Shown here: piece by piece, positions 27,305 through 39,514 of the stretch
Position numbering within the stretch: position 1 is the stretch's first letter
How the letters are laid out: each line of letters opens with the position of its first letter
Source: Octopus vulgaris
Lineage: Eukaryota
Direction: 5' to 3'
DNA length: 64,000 bases
NCBI GenBank assembly: GCA_951406725.2
Contig: OX597829.1
Coordinates: 47,988,001-48,052,000 of the forward strand
Translations under genes and position numbers: made by a program
Notes under the pieces: model-generated
Told to the model about the DNA's origin: nothing
The model's database searches: none
The model's input: only the letters and a program-made list of their open reading frames with translations

Positions 27305-28802
27305 AACACACAAAGAAACAAGGAGAGAAAATAAAGAATCTATCATTTCTTGCTAGTTTCTCAATACAAAAAAGATGATTGTGTTGTATGCTCAACATGA
27401 ATAATCACATCGAAATCCCCAAAGCTGTGAGATAATGATTAATTGAAAGCAATGTGAATAAATAAGCTTTACATTTGACAGAGTAATTTGAATGCTAAAG
27501 GGTTAAACAGGCCATATCAGGCCCAACTACTCTACCTGTCTTATGTTCAAATTAGCCAGATCTAGCCTCTCATACCTACCCTACAATATCAATCTAAAAA
27601 TAAGTACTCACATCAATGGAATTTCAAAGCTACAAGATAATGCATGATTAAATCAAAACGATGTGAAAAAATAAGCATTACTTTTGACAGGGTAAGCTAA
27701 ATGTTGAGAAGTTAAAGTAAGTGGAAAGATTGATGCATTGCAAAGCTGACTAATATAGGCTCAAAGAGTTCATCAAAATAATTTTGCCAAATTTTCAAAC
27801 ATAGATAAACTCAGCAGAAAAATTACTGGCATGTTTCATAAAAAAAAAAAGGCATCTCAACATTTTGTCAAACTATTAAGTTATGGGGATGTAAGCAAAC
27901 CAACACGGGACATCGAGAGTGGTGGGGGATAAACACACACACACACACACACACACATGTATGCATGTACAAAGAGCTTCATTCAATTTTCATCTATCAA
28001 ATTCGTTCACAAGGATTTGGTCAGTCCAAAGCTATTGTAGAAAGCACTTAACCCAGTAGTGGGACTGAACCCAAAACCATGTGATTCGGAAGCAAATTTA
28101 TTCCCACACAATTACCTCAAAATGTTACAGTACTAACTACTACTTTTCAAACCCTTTTCCCACTGACTTATCAAGTACAAAAGATGATAACCTAGCAAAA
28201 GAGAAAATAATTGGCCTTCACTCCTCTGCTAACCTCATGAAAGAATTTGATAGAGTTGCAATTCACTTCTGAGTAAAACCCATTCATTCCCACTTCTGAC
28301 TCGTGTGCTTGTTGTTGTTCTTCACGTTTCTGTACTTTAATAGCAATGAAGAAAAAAAAGGCAAGGAACTACCTGAAAGGCAATGGCAACATCAAGATAG
28401 CATTGTCATCAATAACAACTCCTACAAATAAACAAGTCAGCTATGAATCAGCAGAACCCCTATTAATAATGCTTCTGGTATTCGTGTTTTGATCATCTTG
28501 TCCAAAACACAAGAAGAAAAAGGACTTATTTTTAAATTTAGGTTCTTTTACTTATACAAGCTTTGGTATTTAACTTTTGTTCAGTCTCAATCTAAAATTA
28601 TATTTCTTAGATGCAAATATATTCTGCTTTACACACACACACATAAAAATCTATCAAATTTAACTGAAGAACAAACACCCTCACACACAGACAGTTTCAT
28701 AAGTGCCAATGCATAAAATATTCCATCCTTGAGTCACTCTATAATTTCTGCCAATTGTTAATAAAACATACACACTCACACACAGATATGCATATATATA
28801 TA

Positions 28803-29193
28803 TCATCATCATCATCGTTTAACGTCCGCTTTCCATGCTAGCATGGGTTGGACGGTTCAACTGGGGTCTGGGGAGCCCGAAAGCTGCACCAAGCCAGTCA
28901 GATCTGGCAGTGTTTCTACAGCTGGATGCCCTTCCTAACGCCAACCACTCCAAGAGTGTAGTGGGTGATTTTATGTGCCACCGACACAGGTACCAGACGA
29001 GGCTGGCGAACGGCCACGCTCGGATGGTGTTTTTTATGTGCCACCGACACAGGTGCCAGACGAGGCTGGTAGACGGCCACGCTCGGATGGTGTTTTTTAT
29101 GTGCCACCGACACAGGTGCCAGACGAGGCTGGTAGACGGCCACGCTCGGATAGTGTTTTTTATGTGCCACCGACACAGGTGCCAGACGAGGCT
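28803..29193 (-). mobile_element. RTE 3'UTR fragment with ~62-bp internal tandem repeats
   Basis: (CAT)n tail at 28803, repeats of gtgccaccgacacaggtgccagacgaggctgg; near-identical to 45604-45960. Confidence 0.88.
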
Positions 29194-29205
29194 ATATATA
29201 TATAT

Positions 29206-30212
29206 AACCGCCATTACTATTACTATTACGATTCTGCAATTTAAATTCCCAGTTCAACTTACTTTCTTCTTCAATTTCAACTCCCGCTCGATGACCGCAG
29301 CAAGTTCTTAAAAATTTATCTTACTATATTTTTTTTATTCGTTGTTACTACGTTTATTCATACACTGTTACGAAAATTTAACCTTTTTTAGGCTACTTTC
29401 AAGCCTTCGCCATAACTTGATTTATCTTCCTATCTCTCTCTCTACAATATTTAACCGTAGGCTGCCTCAAGCCGTAATCCCATCTTTTTCCCATCTTTCA
29501 GCCATTGACGGTCTTCTTTTTCCTCCTCTTCTTCTTCATATGCTAAAACTTGAAAACCGCCATTACTATTACTATTACGATTCTGCAATTTAAATTCCCA
29601 GTTCAACTTACTTTCTTCTTCAATTTCAACTCCCGCTCGATGACCGCAGCAAGTTCTTAAAAATTTATCTTACTATATTTTTTTTTTATTCGTTGTTACT
29701 ACGTTTATTCATACACTGTTACGAAAATTTAACCTTTTTTAGGCTACTTTCAAGCCTTCGCCATAACTTGATTTATCTTCCTATCTCTCTCTCTACAATA
29801 TTTAACCGTAGGCTGCCTCAAGCCGTAATCCCATCTTTTTCCCATCTTTCAGCCATTGACGGTCTTCTTTTTCCTCCTCTTCTTCTTCATATGCTAAAAC
29901 TTGAAAACCGCCATTACTATTACTATTACGATTCTGCAATTTAAATTCCCAGTTCAACTTACTTTCTTCTTCAATTTCAACTCCCGCTCGATGACCGCAG
30001 CAAGTTCTTAAAAATTTATCTTACTATATTTTTTTTTATTCGTTGTTACTACGTTTATTCATACACTGTTACGAAAATTTAACCTTTTTTAGGCTACTTT
30101 CAAGCCTTCGCCATAACTTGATTTATCTTCCTATCTCTCTCTCTACAATATTTAACCGTAGGCTGCCTCAAGCCGTAATCCCATCTTTTTCCCATCTTTC
30201 AGCCATTGACGG
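29206..30212 (+). repeat. ~350-bp tandem repeat, about 2.9 near-identical copies
   Basis: Units start aaccgccattact at 29206, 29555 and 29906; followed by 31-bp repeats (30230-30385) and a ~147-bp duplication (30476-30780). Confidence 0.95.
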
Positions 30213-31003
30213 TGCGCCCGCCCCCCACCCCCACCACCAATACCGTTGAACACTGTTCTCACCCCCACCACCAATACCGTTGAACACTGTTCTCACCCCC
30301 ACCACCAATACCGTTGAACACTGTTCTCACCCCCACCACCAATACCGTTGAACACTGTTCTCACCCCCCCCCCACCACCAATACCAGTATACCCCGTTCT
30401 CTCCATCTACACCGGATACGCCTTACTCATCTACACTGGGTACGCCCTACTCCCTCCTCCTCCCCCCACTACCACTTCTCCTCATATGCTTAAGACAAGC
30501 TGCTAGCGCCATAGCTCATCAACTGCCCACCGATCTTACGCTTCCTCCTGACACTGCCTCAATCCGACCATCCCCTTTTAGTACCCTCCCGCCTCGTCAA
30601 TCCGACCATCCCCTTTTAGTACCCTTCTCCTCATATGCTTAAGACAAGCTGCTAGCGCCATAGCTCATCAACTGCCCACCGATCTTACGCTTCCTCCTGA
30701 CACTGCCTCAATCCGACCATCCCCTTTTAGTACCCTCCCGCCTCGTCAATCCGACCATCCCCTTTAGTACCCTCCCGCCTCGTAATATCCTACGTTTTTA
30801 TTTCTTAGGAACCTACACCAACCCTTCCTGCCATCGTTCCTCCTTACCCCAACCTTCCCCACTGGTTGCTCCCCTATATTACCCGCCTCAACTGGACCTC
30901 CCCAACTCAACTCTAGAATATCTGTATTTCTTTCCTCTACCTAATTACGTTACTCAGTGACGATAACAAATGTCCACTGCTAACACCAGCTCCTGCCCAC
31001 GGC

Positions 31004-34000
31004 GTGGTCAGGTTGGAAGAGAGATCAAAAGAAAAATACCACGAAAACTATCACCACCACTACAACCCTCCTCTTCTCAGGCGCCGAATCCCCCTGTCCC
31101 CCCACATCTCCTTCCCAGTTTTCAGAGTTGGCACTATCAATGTTGGTACATTGACAGGCAAGTCTAGTGAGATTGTAGAGATGCTAGAGAGAAGACATGT
31201 TGATGTATGCTGCATACAAGAGGTAAGATGGAGAGATGCTTCGGCTAGGGTCCTCACGGGCAAGGCACTTAGATACAAACTCTACTGGCAAGGTAACGCG
31301 GAAGGTGTAGGGGGTGTAGGCATTCTCCTTGCGGAGGAATGGGTGGATAAGGTCATAGAGGTTGTCAGGGTTTGTGATAGAGTGCTTAAGCTCAGGTTGG
31401 TCCTACAGAGTGGCACAGCTATGATTATCTCAGCCTATGCCCCACAAGCGGGACTACCAAATGATCAGAAGGACAACTTTTATGATACCCTTCTGCAGGC
31501 TACTTCAAAGACTAGTAACAAGGACCTCATCTTTGTAGGTGGAGATTTTAACGGGCATGTTGGGCGGGAATCGGGTATCTTCACTGGGGTACATGGTGGA
31601 TATGGTATTGGCACCAGAAATGATGAGGGAACTAGACTACTGGAATTCTGTGATGCATGTAACCTTTCAATCTGCAACACTAACTTCAAGAAGCCAGTCT
31701 GCCACCTTATAACTTATCAGTCAGGAGACTCCGCTAGCCAAATAGACTTCATCCTCACCAGACAACGGGATGCAGGGTTGCTCTTGAATACAAAGACCCT
31801 CCCGGGTGAAGAATGTATCCCTCAGCATAGACTAATCATCAGTGACTTTAAGCTTGAGGCCAGAAGGACTCCAAGAAACAAACCAATCCAGAAAAGAAGG
31901 ATTTGGAGGCTAAAGAACCCTTCGCATGGTCAGAAATTTAGGGACATACTCATCAAGAAATTTGATGAGAGGGAAGAGGAGCTTCAGACGTCAGACATAG
32001 AAGGTAGCTGGGAATTCCTACGGGACAGCTTGTTGAGTGCCACAGACCAAGTTTGTGGATGGTGCAAAGTCCCTTCCAGACCTAGAATTACGTGGTGGTG
32101 GAATAGTGCAGTAGATAAAGCCATCTGTGAAAAGAGACATGCCTGGAAAGCCTGGAAGGATGGGGGCAGCAGGGAACTGTACCAGATAGCCAAAAGGGAG
32201 GCTGGGCGGCAGGTATACATTGCCAAAGATGTAGCAGAAAAGAAGAAGTTTGCCAATGTCCAGCGTCGCGAGGATCAAAGAGCTGAAGTATTTCGGATTG
32301 CCAGACAGTGTGTCAGAGAAAATAGCGATGTTATAGGAGAGAAATGTGTCCGCATGGATGATGGGGCACTTGCTTTTACTACTAGTGAAAAGAAAGAGGC
32401 TTGGAGAAGCCATTATGAAAGACTGCTAAATGAGGAGAATGAATGGGAGGAGGAGAGCCTGCCAAATGTTGACCCAGTAGAGGGACCAGCTACCCGAATA
32501 GACAGCTCCCTTGTAGATAAGGCAATTAAGGATATGAAACCAGGCAAAGCCCCTGGCCTATCAGGAATCACTGCTGAGATGCTTAAAACAGCTGGCTATG
32601 TGGGCCATGCCATAGTCACCCGCATTGTAAACCAGGTAGTTCACAATGGAGCCATACCCAATGACTGGTGCAGCAGTACCATAGTCAACTGCTACAAGGG
32701 TAAGGGTGATGCTCTAGATAGAAATAACTACAGAGGTATCAAACTGTTGGACCAGGTGATGAAGGTCTCAGAGAAGGTCATAACCAATCTCATTAGGGAG
32801 AGAATTTGTTTAGATGAAATGCAGTTCGGTTTTGTACCAGGTAGAAGCACCACTGATGCTATATTCCTGGTCCGACAACTGCAGGAGAAGTACCTAGCTA
32901 AAGATAAACCCCTCTACATAGCTTTTGTAGACTTGGAGAAAGCCTTTGACAGGGTTCCCCGTTCCCTTATCTGGTGGTCGATGCGGAAACTGGAGATTGA
33001 AGAATGGCTAATAAGGGCTGTACAGGCTCTATACAGAGAGGCTGTTAGCAAGGTTAGGATTGGCAACGAATATAGTGAAGAATTCCGAGTAGAAGTAGGT
33101 GTGCACCAGGGCTCAGCCCTCAGTCCCCTTTTGTTCATCATAGTCCTTCAAGCAATAACAGAGGAATTCAAAACGGGATGCCCCTGGGAGCTCCTCTATG
33201 CCGATGACCTAGCTCTCATAGCAGAATCACTACCGGAACTAGAAGAGAAATTTCGGGTATGGAAGCAAGGGTTGGAATCAAAGGGCCTTAGAATAAATGT
33301 AGCAAAGACCAAAGTATTAGTAAGCAGCAAGAGGTACTCAACACACATCCCCTCGGGTAGGTGGCCCTGCTCAACCTGTAGGAAAGGTACAGGTAGAAAC
33401 TCCATAAGATGCACCCAATGTAAGTTATGGACACATAAGAGGTGCAGCAACATTAAAGGGAAATTAACAGATAAGATAGCTTACATGTGCGGCAGATGCA
33501 CAGGGACAATAGACACAACAGACACTCAGAAAACAGATTCCATCACACTCCAGGGAGAGAAACTAGAAGTAGTTGATAGTTTCCGCTACCTGGGAGACCA
33601 AGTTAGTAGCGGAGGTGGATGCACAGAGAGTATCACCACTAGAATACGAATAGCCTGGGCAAAGTTCAGAAAGCTCCTACCCCTACTGGCAACAAAAGGC
33701 CTCTCCCTCAGAGCAAAAGGTAGATTATATGATGCATGTGTGCGAACTGCCATGCTTCACGGTAATGAAACATGGGCTGTGACTGCAGAAGACATGCGTA
33801 GACTTGAAAGAAATGAAGCTAGCATGATCCGCTGGATGTGTAGTGTCAGTGTGCACGCAAAACAGAGTGTAAGTATCCTGAGAGAAATGCTGGATATAAG
33901 AAGCATCAGATGTGGTGTGCAAGAGCGACGCTTGCGATGGTATGGTCATGTGCTGCGGATGGATGAAGAGAGATGTGTGAAGAAGTGCCACTCCCAAACA

Positions 34001-34312
34001 GTTGAAGGTATCAGGGGGAGAGGTAGACCCAGGAAGACATGGGATGAGGTGGTCAAGCATGACCTCAGAGCATTGGGCCTCACTGAGGCAATGGCGAAGG
34101 ACCGAGATCTCTGGAGATATGCTGTGACTACAAAGACCCGGGCTGCTTTCTGCAGCAATTCCACATACCCCCTACCCATTCTAAGTACCCCCCTACCCAT
34201 TCTAAGTACCCCCCTACCCATTCTAAGTACCCCGGATCCCCAAAGTACCCTGGATCCCCAAAATACCCCGATCCCCAAAGTACCCCGGACCTCGTTGCCC
34301 CCGTGCCGCTGA
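31004..34312 (+). CDS. RTE LINE polyprotein: APE endonuclease, reverse transcriptase and PHD-type zinc finger
   Basis: 1102 uninterrupted codons; APE motifs GTINV, IQEVR, SAYAP, GGDFNGHVG, SQIDF; RT motifs QFGF, FVDLEKAFD, GVHQGS.LSP.LF, LYADD, FRYLG; C4HC3 finger at about 33367-33499; true start codon uncertain. Confidence 0.95.
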   Translation: MVRLEERSKEKYHENYHHHYNPPLLRRRIPLSPHISFPVFRVGTINVGTLTGKSSEIVEMLERRHVDVCCIQEVRWRDASARVLTGKALRYKLYWQGNAEGVGGVGILLAEEWVDKVIEVVRVCDRVLKLRLVLQSGTAMIISAYAPQAGLPNDQKDNFYDTLLQATSKTSNKDLIFVGGDFNGHVGRESGIFTGVHGGYGIGTRNDEGTRLLEFCDACNLSICNTNFKKPVCHLITYQSGDSASQIDFILTRQRDAGLLLNTKTLPGEECIPQHRLIISDFKLEARRTPRNKPIQKRRIWRLKNPSHGQKFRDILIKKFDEREEELQTSDIEGSWEFLRDSLLSATDQVCGWCKVPSRPRITWWWNSAVDKAICEKRHAWKAWKDGGSRELYQIAKREAGRQVYIAKDVAEKKKFANVQRREDQRAEVFRIARQCVRENSDVIGEKCVRMDDGALAFTTSEKKEAWRSHYERLLNEENEWEEESLPNVDPVEGPATRIDSSLVDKAIKDMKPGKAPGLSGITAEMLKTAGYVGHAIVTRIVNQVVHNGAIPNDWCSSTIVNCYKGKGDALDRNNYRGIKLLDQVMKVSEKVITNLIRERICLDEMQFGFVPGRSTTDAIFLVRQLQEKYLAKDKPLYIAFVDLEKAFDRVPRSLIWWSMRKLEIEEWLIRAVQALYREAVSKVRIGNEYSEEFRVEVGVHQGSALSPLLFIIVLQAITEEFKTGCPWELLYADDLALIAESLPELEEKFRVWKQGLESKGLRINVAKTKVLVSSKRYSTHIPSGRWPCSTCRKGTGRNSIRCTQCKLWTHKRCSNIKGKLTDKIAYMCGRCTGTIDTTDTQKTDSITLQGEKLEVVDSFRYLGDQVSSGGGCTESITTRIRIAWAKFRKLLPLLATKGLSLRAKGRLYDACVRTAMLHGNETWAVTAEDMRRLERNEASMIRWMCSVSVHAKQSVSILREMLDIRSIRCGVQERRLRWYGHVLRMDEERCVKKCHSQTVEGIRGRGRPRKTWDEVVKHDLRALGLTEAMAKDRDLWRYAVTTKTRAAFCSNSTYPLPILSTPLPILSTPLPILSTPDPQSTLDPQNTPIPKVPRTSLPPCR

Positions 34313-34584
34313 CACGTTAAAATGCTCGAATCCGATCGTGACGATGCCGGACCCTCCGGCCCCTGTGCAGGTGGCACGTAAAAAGCACCCAATCCACTCA
34401 CGGAGTGGTTGGCGTTAGGAAGGGCATCCAGCCGTAGAAACTGCCAGATTCAGACTGGAGCCTGGAGCGGCCCCTGGCTTCCCAGACCCGGTCAAACCGT
34501 CCAACCCGTGCTAGCGCGGAAAGCGGACGTTAAACGATGATGATGATGATGATGATGATGATATATGTGTGTGTGTACATTTAA

Positions 34585-34945
34585 AAAAAGCACCATTTGA
34601 GCATGATCGTTACCAGTATTGCCTCACTGGCACGTGAACAAAACATTCGAGCGAGGTCGTTGCCAGTGCCACTGGAATGACTCCTGTGCAGGTGGCACGT
34701 AAAAAACACCATTTCGAGCGTGGCCGTTGCCAGTACCACCTGACTGGCCCTCGTGCAGGTGGCACGTAAAAGCACCCACTACACTCTCGGGGTGGTTGGC
34801 ATTAGGAAGGGCATCCAGCTGTAGAAACTCTGCCAGATCAAGATTGGAGCCTGGCACAGCCATCTGGTTCACCAGTCCTCAGTCACATCGTCCAACCCAT
34901 GCTAGCATGGAAAGCAGACGTTAAAGGATGATGATGATGATGATT
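34585..34945 (+). mobile_element. Second RTE 3'UTR fragment
   Basis: Same GGAAGGGCATCCAGCTGTAGAAAC core and (GAT)n tail. Confidence 0.8.
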
Positions 34946-35641
34946 TAAATTAGGATAAATATTACACCTGGTATTAATACCGCCACCATCACTAATATAC
35001 ATATTTACACACACACAAATTTACCGTAAATTTATCTGAAGCACATGTGTTTATGTGTACGTGCATATTTGTCCGTTTGCTCAATTTATCATAAGATTTT
35101 TGTATCTGTTCACTTCCCCATTTAGCAAAGCTTGTTTCTCTGAAGAGAAACCTTAATGAAATTGTTCCCACATTCACTTGTGTATATCTTGACCTGAGAG
35201 TAAAAAGGTAATACACACGAAGTTATGAGGGTAAATGGCAGAGAATGTGTTGGGATTCTTTGATGTAGAAGATTTAAATCATTAGTGCATGTTTTTGTTT
35301 TAGCCACAACTCAAAGCCTTTGAACCAGCACTGATTGTGTAATGTTTTCTCCTTCATCCCTTTTATCTATTGTCAACTACAGCAGACTCCTTGCATTCTT
35401 TGCCCCGACATTGTACATAAACACATTCAATCAAGAATGCATCTTCTGATACATGTCTGAGTGGTAAGGGGTCAGATTAAATTGTAGGATCACAAAAGCA
35501 TAAAAAAAAAAATTGTGGTTGTGTGGTTGCTTCCCAACTACACGGTTCCAGGTTCAGTCCCACTGCATGGCACCTTGGGTGAGAATCTTCTACTATAGCC
35601 TCATGACTAGATTTAGGAAATGGAGACTGAAAGAAGCCTGT

Positions 35642-35700
<59 letters not shown>

Positions 35701-35758
35701 GAAGGCATATGACTCAGTGGTTTTAGAGCATTGGGCTAATTATGTGGAAGTGAGTTCA

Positions 35759-36215
35759 ATTCACATATGCACAGGTCCCAATAATAGAACACCCACAACA
35801 TACATTTCACATATGCACAGGTCCTAATACTACAACTCCCACAACATACATTTCACATATGCACAGGTCCCAATACTACAACTCCCACAACATACATTTC
35901 ACATATGCACAGGTCCCAATACTACAACACCCACAACATACATTTCACATATGCACAGGTCCCAATACTACAACACCCACAACATACATTTCACATATGC
36001 ACAAGTCCCAATACTACAACCCCCCACAACATACATTTCACATATGCACAGGTCCCAATACTACAACTCCCACAACATAAATTTCACATATGCACAGGTC
36101 CCAATACTACAACTCCCACAACATAAATTTCACATATGCACAGGTCCCAATACTACAACTCCCACAACATACATTTCACATATGCACATGCCTCAATACT
36201 ACAATTCCCACAACT
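35759..36215. repeat. 46-bp minisatellite, about 10 copies
   Basis: Unit ttcacatatgcacaggtcccaatactacaactcccacaacatacat. Confidence 0.95.
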
Positions 36216-36972
36216 CATTCTACACACATCACCCAATACTATAACAACTACAATACACTTTACACTCACTTCTCAATACTACAACTCCCACAACACATAT
36301 TCCACACACACACACACATCTCCCAATGTTATAACAGAATTTCTACAACATAAACTTTACACACTTAACTCCTAATACTATAACAAAACCAACACAACAC
36401 ATTCTACACAATCACATCCTAATATGTTAGCAAAACATCCAGTATACATTCTACATACAACATACATTCTACATACAACATATATTCTACATACAACATA
36501 TATTCTACATACAACATACATTCTACTATACAACTCTTGCAACATATTGTAAACATATTTGCCTTTCTATAACAACCCACACATAACCTACTCTATACGA
36601 ACGTAATATGTTTGTTCACAACAAAAGCAAGACTAAAATGACACAAGCAACAAAACCAACTCCAGAACACAATAAATTGAATATAATACAAACACCTTCA
36701 CACTATTTGAAACAGCACTCAACTTGGACTTATATTCAATGGACCCTGGAGGATTGAAAGGCAAAGTTAACTTCAGTGATATTTGAAATTAGAACATAAA
36801 AAGCTACAACAAAAGTCTGAAGACATCTTTTCAATGAACGAGCAATTCTGCCGATCCATTGCCCTTATTAATGCGCCCTATGTATTAATAAGTTCTTACC
36901 TGTCTTTTGTGCAACACTAAGGGAAGTAATACATATAGAAGTAAATGTGAGGAGAGTGAAAAAGGAAGAGGA

Positions 36973-37010
<38 letters not shown>

Positions 37011-38728
37011 CATGTAAGAGAAAGTGGGTGCAAGTGTGCAGAATGGAGGTTTAAACTACTAAGGCTGAGAGGGAGAAGGAAGAATAATCCTTCTTCAAAG
37101 TCCAACCCTTGACCTCGTCAGGATGGGAATATTAAACGAGTGTCAGAGTTATGCTGTCGGGACCTTCAAGTCCTTTAGTAGGGCCACCCAAGACGGACAG
37201 GTCTGACACCAGTGGTGGTAGGGCAATAGTGAATTCTAGGTCACGTTTGTTCAGGAATCCGGTGGCTTCCTGGTGGTGTTAGATTGTGTCTGCGAGCATC
37301 CTGCAGCAAGAAGACATAACTTCAGGACAACTTGCCACCGGTCATGTATGGCGGCTTATGAATACAAAGGGGAACATTTTACACAGACTCTGGTTGTCCC
37401 GTGAAACTACTATGAACTCACAATGAAACAACCATGGTGAACTCATTAGGAGCTGGCTTAACCCTTCCCAGGTGAACGTCGTAACAAGACAAAAGAAGAA
37501 GAATAACCAAGATGTATGGTAATTTGGCATCATTGTATCTTTGGTTATCTCATTTTCTTAATCCTCTTCAATTTCTCTCTCTTTCTCTCTGTTTGAAATT
37601 ATTTTGAACTTATCTTACACACACAAACACACACACACACACAATGTACTTTGATACTTTTTTGTCTCCAAAATTTGACTTGAAGCATTTATCCACAAGC
37701 AGCTGGAGTAAAAGAGATTTGTCAAGGAATCATATGATAAGACTAAACCAAGAAACCATATGCTTACAAAGCAAATTTTTCAACCATAATAGCCATGCCA
37801 ACCCATATGTTACTGATATTTTATTTTACAATCCTGGCCTTCACAGAGACGAGTGACCAAGACCTTTGGCAATATGCCATGCTTGAGAAGACCCATCAAT
37901 GCCCCAGTGTTGCATAACTGGCACCTGTGCCAGTGACACATAAAAAGCACCCTTCAAATGTTGGGCCGCATGGAGGCAATGACAAGTGACTGAGACCTTT
38001 GACGTTATACAGTGCTTGAGAAGACCTGTCAAGGCAGGTGAGATCATAAATGACAAGGCAGGTGAGATCATAGTTGACAAGGAAGGTGATATCATAGGTG
38101 CCTGTGTTATTTAACTGGTACCCATGCTGGTGGCATGTAAAAAAAAATCACCCATTACACTCTTGGAGTGGTTGGTGTTCAAAAGAGCACCCAACTGTAG
38201 AAACCATGCCAAGTCAGATTGCAACCTGGTGCAGCTTACCAGTTTTCAGTCAAACCGTCCAACCCATGCCAGCATGGAAAATGGACATATGATGATGATT
38301 CAGCAAGGCAACAACTATACTTTGCTCTTAGAAATTTGGGGTTCGAATCTAGTCATATGACATGAAATTAATGATGATATACAGCTTATCAAGATTTACT
38401 GAAGATTTACCAACATAATTGTACAGTCGAAGAATAATACTATACATGGATTTGTTTTTGATTTCATTTTTTACTTAGAAGCATTTACTTTTTGATATAA
38501 AATGAAAAGTAATAGATAACTCTCAAGGTAAAAGAGATAACAAGGGCTATAGCTTTTTTAAGAAGTCCCTCAAGGACTTTACATTTAATGCAACTTACGT
38601 GAATCAAATGCTTCAAACAAAATATAATTTCAAATGAAATTACATATTTCATAGTTCTCTATTAATTTCCAACCATCTTATCATTTACAAAATGGCTGTG
38701 AAACTTAAGGGCACTGCCATCAGTAGTA

Positions 38729-38760
<32 letters not shown>

Positions 38761-39030
38761 CCTTTCTACTATAAGCACAAGGCCTGAAATTTTGGGGGAA
38801 GGGGCTAGACTATTATATCGACCCCAGTACTCAGCTGGTACTTAATTTATAGACCCCAAAAAGATGAAAGGTAAAGTTGCAAATTTAGACACAAAGGAAG
38901 AGGAATTAACCAATTAAGTCAACCCCCAGTACTTAACTGATGAAGATAGATGGTCCATTGTTTAGGGCGTTGCGTTCATGATGTAAGATCGTGACTGATT
39001 CCTGGACTGGATGGCTTATTGTGTTCCAGT

Positions 39031-39514
39031 ATCATCATCATCATTGTTCGACCGTGGTCGAGACAATGGAATTTACCATGCTACGCCAGACTTCACGGTC
39101 CATCATGGCATTACGGAGGTCCTGTTGCTGGATGCCTGTATCCCTGGCGATTACATCAGGGTAGGAGAGTGTGCGCCCTCTGGTATTGCGGGTAGATGGC
39201 TTCCAGAGGAGAAGAGTAGAAATTACTTCTTTTTCAGCTCTACAACAATGTCCAGCAAACTGGACTCTCCTACCTTTCACAAGAGATGACACAGGTGGTA
39301 ATTTCCCATATATTTGTACTTTGGTTGGATGGCGTTTCCACAAGAGATTTTCAGCTTTCATAAGGAGGCGAGTGTAGGTTCCATCCAACCGCCTCTCAAG
39401 CTTCTTTGATAACGTCCAGGTTTCTGAGCCATATAGTAGAATTGGTTCGACTGTGGCTTTGAATATTTCAAGTTTGAAGTCTCTACTTAGATTTGATGAC
39501 CAGATCTTATGCAT
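39031..39514 (-). mobile_element. 5'-truncated LINE of a second RTE-group family (ORF C-terminus)
   Basis: KLEIFKATVEPILLYGSETW...RRVQFAGHC...AMMDREVWR, stop followed by (TGA)n; a ~30-bp tail of the same family lies at 44371-44405. Confidence 0.85.

Larger units (their letters stand above)
29206..34562 (+). mobile_element. Probably full-length RTE-clade LINE
   Basis: Pyrimidine-rich repetitive leader, single long ORF, 3'UTR ending in (GAT)n, flanked by TA-rich microsatellite; the 5' boundary is inferred. Confidence 0.85.

Noticed and set aside
28373-28421. Minus-strand AG...GT segment translating GVVIDDNAILMLPLPF
   Set aside because: Only a vague likeness to AMDHD2 GLVLVTDAI, with wrong phase and order relative to the last exon
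29342-30249. Three near-identical 68-83 aa ORFs
   Set aside because: By-product of the 350-bp tandem repeat, with non-ATG starts
35759-36215. CRISPR-like periodic array
   Set aside because: Contiguous 46-bp units without unique spacers in a eukaryotic context; a minisatellite
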